Counted from the first letter of the stretch, positions 19,384 to 29,780 are shown. The stretch is 64,000 bases of DNA from an uncultured bacterium (GCA_963827235.1 CAWHAE010000019.1:128001-192000), one strand, 5' to 3'. Numbers and translations: made by a program. Notes: a model not told the origin generated them from the sequence alone.

Positions 19384-20349
19384 ATGACTCTCGTCACCAG
19401 CCGGGCTGAAGCCCTTGAATACACCGAGCTATTTCGGCGGCGCAAGGCCAGCATGGCAATATTCTGTACCGCGGCACACTGGAACACGGAAGCTATTCTC
19501 CTGGCGGGCCAGCGACTCGCGGAGAAGCACAAGCTGGCCCGCGTGCCCCTCGCCGTGGCGATGACCTACAAGTACCCCTACATGCCACAGGCCAAGCGTG
19601 TAACCTATAGCGGCGACGCTCAGGCAGGCTTTCTGTCCCAGATGGACTACCTGAAGATCCTGTGCGACGGTCCGCAGGCGCCGTACGCCAACGTCGTGGT
19701 GCTGCCGCACCTCGATCACGCCGATCCCAATCGCGACCGCTGGGCGCTCACGCACGGTCTTCCCTATCTGGCAAGCGTGATGTTCGACGGGCAAAAATAC
19801 GCATTCGAGGACAACCTGACCTGGACGCGAGACTACGTCGCGGAGCACGGCAGCGAGGTGATGATCGAAGGCGTGATCGAGGAGCTCAGCGTGGCGGGCC
19901 AGCATCAAGCCGTGCAGCGGGACGCCTACGTCGACAAGGCCCAGCAGTTCATGCACGAGACAGGCGCCGATCTTCTGGTGGCGGATCTGGGCACCGAGCA
20001 GCAGTCCGACCATGTCGGCGGCGTCGTGTATTTGAAAGAGCGGGCACAGGAGCTGACCCGCCATCTTGGCAGGGCTTGTCTCGTCTTGCATGGCACCTCC
20101 TCGCTGGTCGAAGACCAGATGCACGGCCTGGCGGAAGACGGCGTGATTCGGGTGAACATGTGGACGCGCATCGTGCGCTTCGCAGGGCAGTACGCTGCCG
20201 CTCAGCTCATCGAGCGTCGCGCGGCAATCGAGGCGGGCGACATTGAGGCAACGGAGTCCCGCCAATACCTGCACGACTCCATCGAATCCGCCGCGGTGAC
20301 CATGGTGAGCGCCATGGAGGCCATGGGCTATCCGCTTCTCGGTCTCTGA
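19384..20349 (+). CDS. class II fructose/tagatose-bisphosphate aldolase-like protein
   Basis: PHLDHA, SVMFDG, LVLHGTSS, VNMWT. Confidence 0.75.
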   Translation: MTLVTSRAEALEYTELFRRRKASMAIFCTAAHWNTEAILLAGQRLAEKHKLARVPLAVAMTYKYPYMPQAKRVTYSGDAQAGFLSQMDYLKILCDGPQAPYANVVVLPHLDHADPNRDRWALTHGLPYLASVMFDGQKYAFEDNLTWTRDYVAEHGSEVMIEGVIEELSVAGQHQAVQRDAYVDKAQQFMHETGADLLVADLGTEQQSDHVGGVVYLKERAQELTRHLGRACLVLHGTSSLVEDQMHGLAEDGVIRVNMWTRIVRFAGQYAAAQLIERRAAIEAGDIEATESRQYLHDSIESAAVTMVSAMEAMGYPLLGL

Positions 20350-20363
20350 GGAGACGGCACGCC

Positions 20364-21866
20364 ATGAGCCTCCTGGGTATTGACGTCGGCACCACGGGCT
20401 GCAAGATCCTCGCGCTAGCGGCGGACGGCCAGGTGCTGGGCATGAAGCAGCGGGAATACGACGTGTCACGGCCTCGCGCCGGCTGGGCGGAGCTGGACAG
20501 CCGGGACGTCTGGGCGTCGATCAAAGACACGATCCGCGAAGTTGCCGGGCTGACCGGGAGCGATCCGATCGTGGGCCTGTGCGTTTCGTCCATGGGTGAG
20601 GCGATGACGCCCGTGTCGGCCGACCGGACGATTCTCGGTAACTCTCTGCTGGGCTTTGACGGCAGGGGAACGGAGACCGTCTCCCGGCTCGCCTCTATCG
20701 ACCCGGTGCAGTTCTTCGAGCGCAGCGGGAACCAGGCAAGTTCGCTCTACGGCGGTCCAAAGCTGATCTGGCAGCGCGATCACCAGCCAGAGCTTTTTGC
20801 GCGAACATACAAGTTTCTCAACTGGGCCGATCTGGTTGGATACCTGCTCGGCGGTGAGCCGGTGACCGACTACTCGTTGGCGAACCGGTCGTTGTTCTTC
20901 GACGTACAGCAGGCCCGCTGGTCGGCCGACACCCTTGAATACGTGGACATGCCCGTGGACAAGCTGCCCGAAGTGGCGCCGTCCGGCACCGTAGTGGGGG
21001 TGGTCTCAGCTCAGGTAAGCAGCGAACTGGGCCTGCCGTCCAACGTGCGCATCGTGCTTGGCGCCCACGACCAGTGCATGAGCGCGGTCGGATCCGGGGT
21101 GATCCGGCCGGGCATGGCCGCCTACGGCCTCGGCACGTACGTGTGCCTCACTCCTGCCTACGATGTCCTGCCACGTGCCGAGCAGATGATCGAGTACAAG
21201 CTGAACGTCGAACACCACGCTATTCCCAATCTGTACGTCAGCTTCTACTACAACTTGACCGGGGGCGCGCTGCTGAAGTGGTTCCGCGATACGTTTGGCC
21301 GGGCCGAGAAGGAGGAGGCAGCCGCTTCCGGTCGCGACGTCTACGATCTCCTTCTGTCCGACCTGCCCGACGATCCCACAGATCTGCTGGTGCTGCCCCA
21401 TTTCGCTCCCACCGGCCCGCCCTACTTCGACGATCACCCCTACGGACTGATCGCCGGTCTGACGCTGGAGACGGAGCGGGGTGCCTTCATCAAGGCACTT
21501 CTTGAGGGAGTTACGTACTATTGCCGGCAGGGGCTGGACCAGATGGCGACCGCGGGCATAGCGATCGACGAGTGCCGCGTGACCGGCGGTGGCGCGCGGT
21601 CGCCTGCCTGGCTGCGCATCAGCGCGGACGTACTGGGCCGCCCGCTGGTGCGCCCGCGAGTGACCGAAGCGAGTGCCCTGGGTGCGGCGATCATGGCGGG
21701 CATCGGCTGCGGAGTCTACGCGTCCGCCGAGGAGGCGGTCGAGGTGCTGGTCAAGACCGATCAGACGTTCGAGCCCGACCCGCGGCGGCAACGGCTCTAT
21801 GACGAGCGCTTCTCCCGCTACCAGGAACTCTATCCGCTCATGCGGTCGCTGCGCCCCGGCGTCTGA
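20364..21866 (+). CDS. FGGY-family carbohydrate kinase (xylulokinase-like)
   Basis: LGIDVGTTGCK, GAHDQ, TGGGARS, EASALGAA. Confidence 0.92.
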   Translation: MSLLGIDVGTTGCKILALAADGQVLGMKQREYDVSRPRAGWAELDSRDVWASIKDTIREVAGLTGSDPIVGLCVSSMGEAMTPVSADRTILGNSLLGFDGRGTETVSRLASIDPVQFFERSGNQASSLYGGPKLIWQRDHQPELFARTYKFLNWADLVGYLLGGEPVTDYSLANRSLFFDVQQARWSADTLEYVDMPVDKLPEVAPSGTVVGVVSAQVSSELGLPSNVRIVLGAHDQCMSAVGSGVIRPGMAAYGLGTYVCLTPAYDVLPRAEQMIEYKLNVEHHAIPNLYVSFYYNLTGGALLKWFRDTFGRAEKEEAAASGRDVYDLLLSDLPDDPTDLLVLPHFAPTGPPYFDDHPYGLIAGLTLETERGAFIKALLEGVTYYCRQGLDQMATAGIAIDECRVTGGGARSPAWLRISADVLGRPLVRPRVTEASALGAAIMAGIGCGVYASAEEAVEVLVKTDQTFEPDPRRQRLYDERFSRYQELYPLMRSLRPGV

Positions 21867-22145
21867 GCAGGCGAGCGATTGCCGGCGCGATTTCGGCACG
21901 GAGCCTTGAAGTCGTAGACCCGTAGCCAGGCATCCGGCCACGGAGCCCCGAACGGAGTGCCGCTCACGACTCTGCCTGCTGGCGCTGAGGCGCGTCGTGC
22001 GTCCGGTATCTCATGTGGCCTCGCGCCGGTATGTTGGACAGACTCAAGCCGGCTTCCCGGCGGGTGAACTAAGGACCGCGGTGGACCTGCCTCTGCGCCG
22101 GTCTCACCGGCACAGCGGCGCAGGACGGACCGAACGGAGTACACG

Positions 22146-23864
22146 ATGACTGAGCAGGAGCTTCGTATTCCCGACTACCATTGTGCGGTGCAGCTCGTGG
22201 GGCCGGGGCAACTGGTACTGAACCGAAAGAAGGAAACACCCCGGCCCGGTCCCTACCAGGTGCTGGCCGCGGTGGAAGCAGTATGCATCTGTTACTCGGA
22301 CACGAAGCTGCTCAGGCAGTTCGCTGCGCATCCCCGCAAAGGTGAGGTCATGCGCGGCATCGGCCGGGAGGTCCTGGAGCACTATCCCGCGTATGTGCCG
22401 GGCGAAAGGCCGACGGTTCCCGGCCATGAAGTAGCTTGCCGGATTGTGGCGGTGGGCAGTGCCGTGACTCGGTTCACCACCGGCGAACGCTGCCTGGTCA
22501 TGCCGGATTATCGAGCGCTGCCGACAGCCGGGTCCACATCCGCGTTGGGCCACAACTTCGAAGGCGGCCTGCAGGAATACATGCTATTCGACGAGCGCAT
22601 CGTCGTCGAGCCGGGCACGGGAGAGCGGTTGCTGATTCCGGTTCCCCAGAGCCTCAGTGCGGCGGCGGTCGCCCTGGTCGAGCCGTGGTCGTGCGTAGAG
22701 AACTCCTATTCGTCGCAGGAACGCCGGACACTCAAGCCTGAGGGCAATCTGCTCGTCGTCGCGGAGCCCGGCCACGAGGTGCGCGGACTGGCCGAGATCA
22801 TCGCGGCCGGCGGCAGGCCGGCGTCTATCACCGCCCTCTGCGCGGACGAGAGCCAGCGCCGTGCGCTGGAGACGGTGGGCGTGCGGTCAATGGAATGCGA
22901 TGACCCGCGGCGGCTGGGCGACGAGCAATTCGACGACGTCGTCTATTTTGGGGCGGACCGGCAGGCGATCGAGGCCCTGAATGACCGGGTTGGTTTGCAC
23001 GGAATCGTCAATGTCGTGCTCGGCGGCAGGAGTATCGGGCGGCCGGTGTCCCTCGGCATAGGCCGCGTTCACTATGCGGGCACGCGCTGGATCGGCACCG
23101 TGGGTAAGTCGGCGTTCGATTCCTATCAGAGTATTCCGGCGACTGGCGAGCTACGCCGCGGCGACACGGTGCTCGTCGTGGGAGCCGGCGGTCCAATGGG
23201 CCAGATGCACGTCATTCGCTCCCTTTGCGCGGGCATTCCGGGCGTCTCGGTAGTCGGTACCGACATCGACGACGCTCGTTTGCAGTCGTTGCGCGCCAAG
23301 GCAGGCGGAATTCCACAGCGCAGAGGCGTACCGCTCCGCCTGGCCAACGCGACTGAGCTCGGACCGCATGAGCGGTTCAGCTACCAGACGATCATGGTGC
23401 CGGACGGTACGCTGGTCGCCGGCGCCGTGCGCAGCAGCGCGGCACGGGGCCTGATCAACGTCTTCGCCGGGATCCCGGCGAAGACGCGTCAAGAGGTCGA
23501 CCTCGACACCTATATTGCCCACCAGTGCTTCATGTTCGGCACCAGCGGTTCGGTGATTGGCGACATGAAGGTCGTGCTGAGCAACGTCGAGAAGCAAGCA
23601 CTCGATACAAACCTCTCAATCGAGGCAGTCTCGGGCATGGCAGGCGCAATCGAGGCGATCGCCGCGGCGGAGCACCGCGCCGTGGCAGGGAAGATCGTGG
23701 TCTATCCCATGCTGCACGACCTGGGTCTCGTGCCGCTCGCCCGGCTGGCAGAGAGGCTGCCCGCTGTGGCGGCTAAGCTCTGCGATGGGCAATGGTGTCG
23801 CGACGCGGAAGACGAGCTCCTCCTGGCGGCAGCCGGGCAGACCGTGCCGGGCGAACGTCCATGA
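22146..23864 (+). CDS. extended MDR-family dehydrogenase (sorbose-1-phosphate reductase-like)
   Basis: ICYSDTK, GHE, ALVEPWSC, GAGGPMG, GTSGS, GKIVVYP; 572 aa. Confidence 0.8.
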   Translation: MTEQELRIPDYHCAVQLVGPGQLVLNRKKETPRPGPYQVLAAVEAVCICYSDTKLLRQFAAHPRKGEVMRGIGREVLEHYPAYVPGERPTVPGHEVACRIVAVGSAVTRFTTGERCLVMPDYRALPTAGSTSALGHNFEGGLQEYMLFDERIVVEPGTGERLLIPVPQSLSAAAVALVEPWSCVENSYSSQERRTLKPEGNLLVVAEPGHEVRGLAEIIAAGGRPASITALCADESQRRALETVGVRSMECDDPRRLGDEQFDDVVYFGADRQAIEALNDRVGLHGIVNVVLGGRSIGRPVSLGIGRVHYAGTRWIGTVGKSAFDSYQSIPATGELRRGDTVLVVGAGGPMGQMHVIRSLCAGIPGVSVVGTDIDDARLQSLRAKAGGIPQRRGVPLRLANATELGPHERFSYQTIMVPDGTLVAGAVRSSAARGLINVFAGIPAKTRQEVDLDTYIAHQCFMFGTSGSVIGDMKVVLSNVEKQALDTNLSIEAVSGMAGAIEAIAAAEHRAVAGKIVVYPMLHDLGLVPLARLAERLPAVAAKLCDGQWCRDAEDELLLAAAGQTVPGERP

Positions 23865-24069
23865 GGGACCGGCAACCGACGCTATCTTCCGTCTGTGACG
23901 GGGTCCGACCAGTTCCTCAGCTCGGCAGCTCCACCGCCACGTTAGCCGCGGTTGCGATGTCCGGCGCCTCGACAGGCTTACGGCGCGGGCAGAAGCCGAG
24001 CAGGGAGGCGACGATACCGATCACCAGGACGACGGGGAAGGTGTCGTCGAATGCCGGGGCGGCGGGGAT

Positions 24070-24519
24070 TCATTCCGCCCGTGGTTTCACCGCGGCTTGA
24101 ATACAGGGCGCCGGGATCGCCGAGCGGCGTCGTACCGCCAGGATCGAGACGGCGATCCCGACTAGAGCTTCGAAGAGCTGCAGCGGCATAAACCCGATGG
24201 CGCCGAGCTCCACGACTTCGAACACGACCAGCGCCGCCCCTGCCAGCACTGCCGCCTCGCAGGCGAAGTGCTTCCGCAGTAGGACAAGCGCGGCGCTCGC
24301 CAGCATGCCGCAGCCGACTACAAGCGCCAGCAGCAAGCCCGGGACCAGGAAATCGGGGAACGGACTGTTGCGGGAGAGCGCCGCCAACGCCGCGGGCGTC
24401 ATCTGCAGCAGCGTTCCGTTGGGCCGTATCATGAGCAGGATTCCACCCGCGAGGCCCGTCACACCCGTGAAGGCAGCAAGAGCGATCAGGACCTTCTCGC
24501 CGGCAGCCCGCCCGGCCAT
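24070..24519 (-). CDS. small membrane protein
   Basis: About four hydrophobic helices, SPFPDFLVPGLLL. Confidence 0.65.
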   Translation of the reverse strand: MAGRAAGEKVLIALAAFTGVTGLAGGILLMIRPNGTLLQMTPAALAALSRNSPFPDFLVPGLLLALVVGCGMLASAALVLLRKHFACEAAVLAGAALVVFEVVELGAIGFMPLQLFEALVGIAVSILAVRRRSAIPAPCIQAAVKPRAE

Positions 24520-24906
24520 CTGCCCTTCCACGATCGCCTCTACACCGGTCGTCGTCGCCAATGTTCTCCCTGTTCGTGCTGGCCAACCCGTCGGAGCGGC
24601 GGATGCGGGCGCGCCGCAGTACGCCCGCGACAGCGTGCCACGTCGCAGGGTGGGCCGGCCAGAGGCGAGACTCCCCATCTCATAGGCCAATGGTCCCGTC
24701 GATATCTCCTCCTCGCCGTGGACGCCGGCCAGCTCGGGGACGGCTAATCTCAGCTGCATGCCCCGGTTCTCGCGACCAGCCGAACGTGGCTGGAGATGGC
24801 GTCCTGCGCGCCTCGCGCGACTGGTGGATGTCCTGGCAGACTGTGCGTGATGCGTCGGGGATCCGCGACACCCGGAGTCCCGGCAAGGGACGGAGGCGCT
24901 ACTGGC

Positions 24907-25041
24907 ATGTCTCCTCTCGACCGAGCACTCCTTTCCCTGGAGGGCTTCGCTCTTGGTGATGCCTTCGGGCAACGCTTCTTCATTCATCCAGGATCGGCCT
25001 CTCCGCCGACCGCTCCACGATACCTGCCGAATGGCTGGTGA
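24907..25041 (+). pseudogene. ADP-ribosylglycohydrolase N-terminal remnant
   Basis: GGAGG RBS, MSPLDRALLSLEGFALGDAFGQRFF (family N-terminal motif), then a stop after 44 codons. Confidence 0.65.
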
Positions 25042-25115
25042 GCCGCGAGCCATCGCCCGCGTGGTTTCAGAGCTGAGAGCTGCCTGTGAACGGTAGTTGG
25101 AAGCATGGCGGTGGC

Positions 25116-25554
25116 GTGGCAGTGGTCACCATCGGGCACGCGGAGGCATCGGACCTCGAGTCGCTGTCGGACCTGGACGCGATCGTGCTCGGCAGCCGGC
25201 GGCGGCACGGATATCTCGCACGAGCGGTGGGCAGTGGTCGCGCCTGGGCGGCACGCGAATCCGGGATTCCGGCCGCTCGCCATCTTCGCGCCGTCGTTCC
25301 TTGATCAATGGTTCGTCGAGCTGCTGGTAGTCCATCCCGACTATCGTCGTCGGGGCGTCGCGACCGCACTCATGACGCACTGCGCGTCCGTCTGCCCGGC
25401 GGAGAAGCTGTTCACCTCGACCAACGAGTCAAATACGCCGATGCGCCGCCTGCTGAGCAAGCTCGGCTACGCTCCAAGCGGCTACGTCGACAACCTTGAC
25501 GAGGGTGATCCGGAGCTCATCTTCGTCAAGAGGCTGCGGTCAGCCTGTGATTAG
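25116..25554 (+). pseudogene. frameshifted GNAT acetyltransferase
   Basis: N half (VTIGHAEASDLESLSDLD) and C half (LVVHPDYRRRGVATAL...TNESN) lie in different frames, switching near 25275. Confidence 0.75.
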
Positions 25555-26972
25555 CCGCGGGCCAGTCGCAGGCCCCATACGGCGACCGCGTACACGCCGA
25601 GCGAGGCTGCCACCGCGGCCGGCTCGCCGAGAGGTGTCAGCAGCATGCCACCGGCGGCTATCGCAGCCGCTCCGGCACACACGACGTAGCGGCCGAGCCA
25701 GCCGCGAACCGCCGCTCCTGCTTGCCCTTCGAGCGATCGCAGATAGCGCGACCCAAGTACCAGCAGGCCGCCCGATGCCGCGCAGGTGAAACACGTGGAA
25801 GCGGCCACGCCGTGCCAGACGGGCACGCTCACGGACAGTGCCGCTATCTCCAGCGTGATCGCGCAACCCACGACCGTGGCCGATCGGCGCGCCTGACCGG
25901 TAGCCTGGTACGCCGTGGCCACTACCGCCAGCAGCATGAGCGCCGAGTTGCCTACGGACAGTATGCGCAAGACCGGCACGGCAGACAGGTATTTCGGCGC
26001 CAGAAGCGTTCGCAGGGCAAGATCGGGAAACAGCAGCAGGCCGGCCTCGATCGGCACCAGGACCAGCACTACCAGGCGCGCCGCCCCGGCAAGCACGAGA
26101 CCCGTCTTCGCCAGCTCGCCGCGGCGGGCCAGACGCGGCAGGAGCACGGGCACCAGTGCAGACGGGACCAGGTAGTACGGCGCAGTGGCGAGCACCGTGG
26201 CTGCCTGGTAGGCACCGGCGATCGCGCGATCGCCGCCGGAGAGCAGCTTGATTGCCAGCACGTCCAGGTTCTGCAGCAGGGCCGCCACCAGCAGGGCCGC
26301 GAAGAGCGGTCCCGCCAGGCTGAAGCGCGGCCAGGCGATGCTGCCGGGCATCCGTTTGCCTCGTCCGATCGACCAGATGCCCAGCGAGGCTGCCGTCATC
26401 GAGCCCATCATGAACCCGCACACTGCCCCATTCACGCCCCAACCCGCCCGCACCAAGATCGCGCCGCATGCAGCTTTGACGACGATCTCGATCGTATGCA
26501 GGCCAGCCACGACGCCGAAACGCTCGCGACCCTGCGCGGTGGCCACCATCACGCCGATCACGGAGACTGCCGGGATAGCCAGGGCTACCAGCCCGAGCAC
26601 CGGCCAGGTCTCCAGGCCGGGCTGTAGCGGTCCCGCAGCGAAGAGGAGGGCCAGCAGGGCGTCGATCAGAAGTGCCAGCCCGAGGTTTGCCAGCACAGCG
26701 CCGCGCACCAGCCGGCTGTAGTCCTGTGACGGTGCTGTCGCCACGATGGTGGCCAGCGACCACGGGATGCCGGAGCCCAGGAAGAGTCCGGCCAGCAGCA
26801 GGACCGTCTGCACGAATGCCAGCAGGCCGAAATCGCCCGGTACCAGCCAGCGCGCCATCAGCAGGCTGAAGGCGTAGTTCAGCACCGCCATGATCGCTGC
26901 GGAGCTAAACATCATCGCCTGCACCCGATACGTGAAGGCCGCCGCGCGTGCGCGGGCCGCCGCCCGCCTCAT
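25551..26972 (-). CDS. oligosaccharide flippase (Wzx/MOP family)
   Basis: LMARWLVPGDFG, AGAYQAA, about 12-14 TM helices. Confidence 0.85.
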   Translation of the reverse strand: MRRAAARARAAAFTYRVQAMMFSSAAIMAVLNYAFSLLMARWLVPGDFGLLAFVQTVLLLAGLFLGSGIPWSLATIVATAPSQDYSRLVRGAVLANLGLALLIDALLALLFAAGPLQPGLETWPVLGLVALAIPAVSVIGVMVATAQGRERFGVVAGLHTIEIVVKAACGAILVRAGWGVNGAVCGFMMGSMTAASLGIWSIGRGKRMPGSIAWPRFSLAGPLFAALLVAALLQNLDVLAIKLLSGGDRAIAGAYQAATVLATAPYYLVPSALVPVLLPRLARRGELAKTGLVLAGAARLVVLVLVPIEAGLLLFPDLALRTLLAPKYLSAVPVLRILSVGNSALMLLAVVATAYQATGQARRSATVVGCAITLEIAALSVSVPVWHGVAASTCFTCAASGGLLVLGSRYLRSLEGQAGAAVRGWLGRYVVCAGAAAIAAGGMLLTPLGEPAAVAASLGVYAVAVWGLRLARG

Positions 26973-27449
26973 GGGAGTCGCGGACGGTGCGGGAGAAGAG
27001 CGAGCAGGAATCAGGAGAGAACGCCTTCCGCTAGGCAGGGGAGGGGAGATTCACGCGCAGCGCTGCTGCCGAGCGGGAGAGGCGCACGCTCTCTGCTCTC
27101 GCACTACGATACCACGGCCCGGCTTATGGGGCGCAAGATCGAAGGCGGTGCTCCCTGAGCAGAGTACCGAACGCGCTTGCCGGTGCTGCAGGCATGGTCA
27201 TCCTCGCGGCTGTGTTACAGTCACCTCATCCTATCGGACCGAGCGATACGACCCTGAGCGTCACGCGTTGCTCACGGCTGCCGGCGTTGCCGGTATCGTG
27301 GGGACTCGGCATTACTGCGGCATCAACGCTGGGCCGGCAACGACCAATGCGCGCGCTCACTTTCTCCGCCTTGCCGCGCGCCTGTCGTCGCCTCGCACGC
27401 CTTCGCCCCAGTTCACACGACCGCCTTGCTCGTGCTATCGTGATCGTCG

Positions 27450-28307
27450 ATGAGTGCGAGGGAATACATGCTTGAATCAGCTGTACGTCATGCCGTCTGC
27501 GAGCTCGCTCAGCAGGCGGCCGCAGCCGCCGCAATAGTGGTGCGCGAGAGCCGCCGCCCGTACCACTACACCGGCAACGTCAATGCAGGTGGCGATCGCG
27601 TGCTGGAAATCGATCTGGCCGCGGACGCCGAGGTGATGTCCTGGCTGGCCAGGGGTATGGAGCACTTGGGTCTGCCCTACTCTACCCTGAGTGAAGAAAG
27701 CAGTCTGCGCAGCCATGGTGCGGACTACCCGCTAATCCTCGTAGACCCGCTGGATGGGAGCGCGCAGGCGCGCCGCCACCATCCTGACTGCGCCATCAGT
27801 GTTGCCGTCTCCAGCGGGCCCACAATGGCCGACCTTGTGATTGGGGTCGTACAGCCGGTCATGTGCGGCGAGCCCTATGTGGCCATCGCCGGCGAAGGAG
27901 CGTGGCAGGGTGGTCGCCGGCTCCCGCTCATCCCGACACCCCCGGGGGCGGCGACCAGTGTGCTGCTGGAGGGCCCGGACGCAGCGTCGACCGCCGCGTT
28001 GGCGCAGCGCTTCGCCGCCGCCCGGCCCGGCTGTCAAATTCACGCCAGTGGCAGTATCGCCCTGCAACTGGCCCTCTTGGCGGCCGGCTGCTACGACCTG
28101 CTGGTCGCCTGCCGTCCTGGAGCACATGCGCACGACGTCGCCGCGGGGTGGCTGCTGGTGCGCGAGTCCGGCAGCGCCTTCGCGGATCTCCAGGGATTGG
28201 ATACGGGCTCAGCAAGATTGCAGGATCTGCACACGACACATCATTGCGCGGCTGCCCGGCGGCCGGATTGGCTCGAGGAGGCCATGGCCCTAGCCCGCGG
28301 CGGGTAG
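27450..28307 (+). CDS. inositol monophosphatase/FBPase family protein
   Basis: LSEE, LVDPLDGS, SGSIALQL, HDVAAG. Confidence 0.88.
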   Translation: MSAREYMLESAVRHAVCELAQQAAAAAAIVVRESRRPYHYTGNVNAGGDRVLEIDLAADAEVMSWLARGMEHLGLPYSTLSEESSLRSHGADYPLILVDPLDGSAQARRHHPDCAISVAVSSGPTMADLVIGVVQPVMCGEPYVAIAGEGAWQGGRRLPLIPTPPGAATSVLLEGPDAASTAALAQRFAAARPGCQIHASGSIALQLALLAAGCYDLLVACRPGAHAHDVAAGWLLVRESGSAFADLQGLDTGSARLQDLHTTHHCAAARRPDWLEEAMALARGG

Positions 28308-28494
28308 CCCTTGCACTCGTCGCCTAGCATTGTCTCGGCTTGGCGTTGCACACCTCTCGCCTGCAGGAGCGTGGGCGGTGCGCTCACTCTGCTATATCGA
28401 GCCCGGCGTAAAGTCCTGCACACGTTTGCGGTGTGTAGATAGCGGTGCTTCGTCGAGCCGACGATGCGAGCGCCGGCGAACAGGTTCGGAGGTG

Positions 28495-29238
28495 ATGAGA
28501 TTCATGGACTACAGGTACTTCGGGCGCACAGGGCTGAGGATCTCGGAGATCTGTCTTGGCACTCAAACCTTTGGCTGGACGACCGGCGAGGCTGATGCCC
28601 ACGCTATGCTGGACCACTACGTTGGCGCCGGCGGCAACTATCTCGATGCCGCCGATTCGTAGAACGACGGGGAGTCAGAGCGGATCCTGGGATCCTGGCT
28701 CAAGGCCAGGGCAAACGCCGAGGATGTCATTGTCGGGACGAAGGTCTACTTCAACTCGAGTGCCGATCAGAACTCGAACCGCATGGGCTTGTCCCGGAAA
28801 CACATCAACCACTCCGTCGATCGCAGCCTCGAGCGCCTCGGGCTGGCCGCCATCGACCTGTACCAGATGCACTGTATCGACGGCGGAACCGGTCTGGACG
28901 AAGTGATCGATACTCTCGAGGATCTCGTCCGCGGAGGGAAGATCCTTCACTACTGCCTGTCGAACTTCACGCCTTCGGCTATCGCGAGGATGGTCTGCGG
29001 CGCCACCTACAGGGCATGCCACTGCCCCGCGTCCCGTCAGCTCAACTGGATGCGGCGGAACGAGGCGATCTCCTCTATCCTGATCGGCGCCAGAACCATG
29101 CAGCAGCTCAAGGCGAGCCTGGATTGCCTTTCGTGGGACATGAGGCCCGAGGACGAGGAGACGCTGGACCTCGTGAGCGATATGCCGAGGCCCTACCCCT
29201 ACAGCTTCATCGACCGCTACAGCAGAAAGCCTCGTTAG
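28495..29238 (+). pseudogene. aldo/keto reductase pseudogene
   Basis: GRTGLRISEICLGT, in-frame TAG at 28660-28662 (LDAADS*NDGESE), IDLYQMH; shorter than a full AKR, with an apparent internal deletion near 29010. Confidence 0.85.
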
Positions 29239-29374
29239 TGCCTCCACTGCGATCTCGAACGCGCGGCGAACTCGATTCGCACGCCTGCCATGCGCGTGTC
29301 GCCGGCGTCACGGCCCAAACGCGGATACCAGCCTGGCCGGCGGCGAGATGGATTCCACGTCAACCAAGCGGCGC

Positions 29375-29415
29375 ACACAAAGGAGGACCCGGGCAAATGT
29401 CCAATGCCCGGGTCC
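29375..29415 (-). terminator. hairpin/terminator ending the putative ncRNA
   Basis: GGACCCGGGCA-loop-TGCCCGGGTCC followed by TCCTTTG on the minus strand. Confidence 0.65.
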
Positions 29416-29780
29416 GGTTGCAGCACCCATTTGCGCACGCCAACACGTTTAAGTCGGAGGCTCAACCAATCATGCCGTCTGGTCTTGCCATTAAACTACC
29501 AGCCCATGTTTGGAGGGCTAGGCCGGATTCGAACCGGCATCAGACGGCCACCGGCCTCGGACACTCGATTTGGCGTTCGGCGCTGCGGAATGCTTAAGCT
29601 GGAGCAATAGCTTCAATCTGTGGTGCGGCGGCATGCGCCTCTGCCGATTGGGCTACTCCGCCACGCCTGGCGGAGGCAGGACTCGAACCTGCACTGTACA
29701 TGTGCCTCATCAGTGTGAGCTTGAGGCTCAGCTTGGGCTCCGTCCTGACTCTACAGCAATCCGCTCCGGCGAACAAGTGC
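29375..29780 (-). ncRNA. putative large structured RNA with two circularly permuted tRNA-like domains (YrlA-like topology)
   Basis: Two GGTTCGA(G/A)TCC T arms, each followed by a loop-closed 7-bp acceptor-like stem and a TAG-initiated D arm, closed by an anticodon-like stem; starts right after the stop codon of 29781..30512. Confidence 0.8.

Noticed and set aside
28660-28662. Amber codon at the AKR catalytic Tyr position as programmed readthrough (pyrrolysine)
   Set aside because: The gene also has an apparent internal deletion and no pyl genes are visible; a TAY-to-TAG nonsense mutation is simpler
29474-29705. Two ordinary tRNA genes, or one intron-containing tRNA
   Set aside because: The halves are in permuted order with no anticodon loop, and the 5' acceptor strand of domain 1 (GGCGGAG) does not pair with the 3' strand of domain 2 (CTAGCCC)
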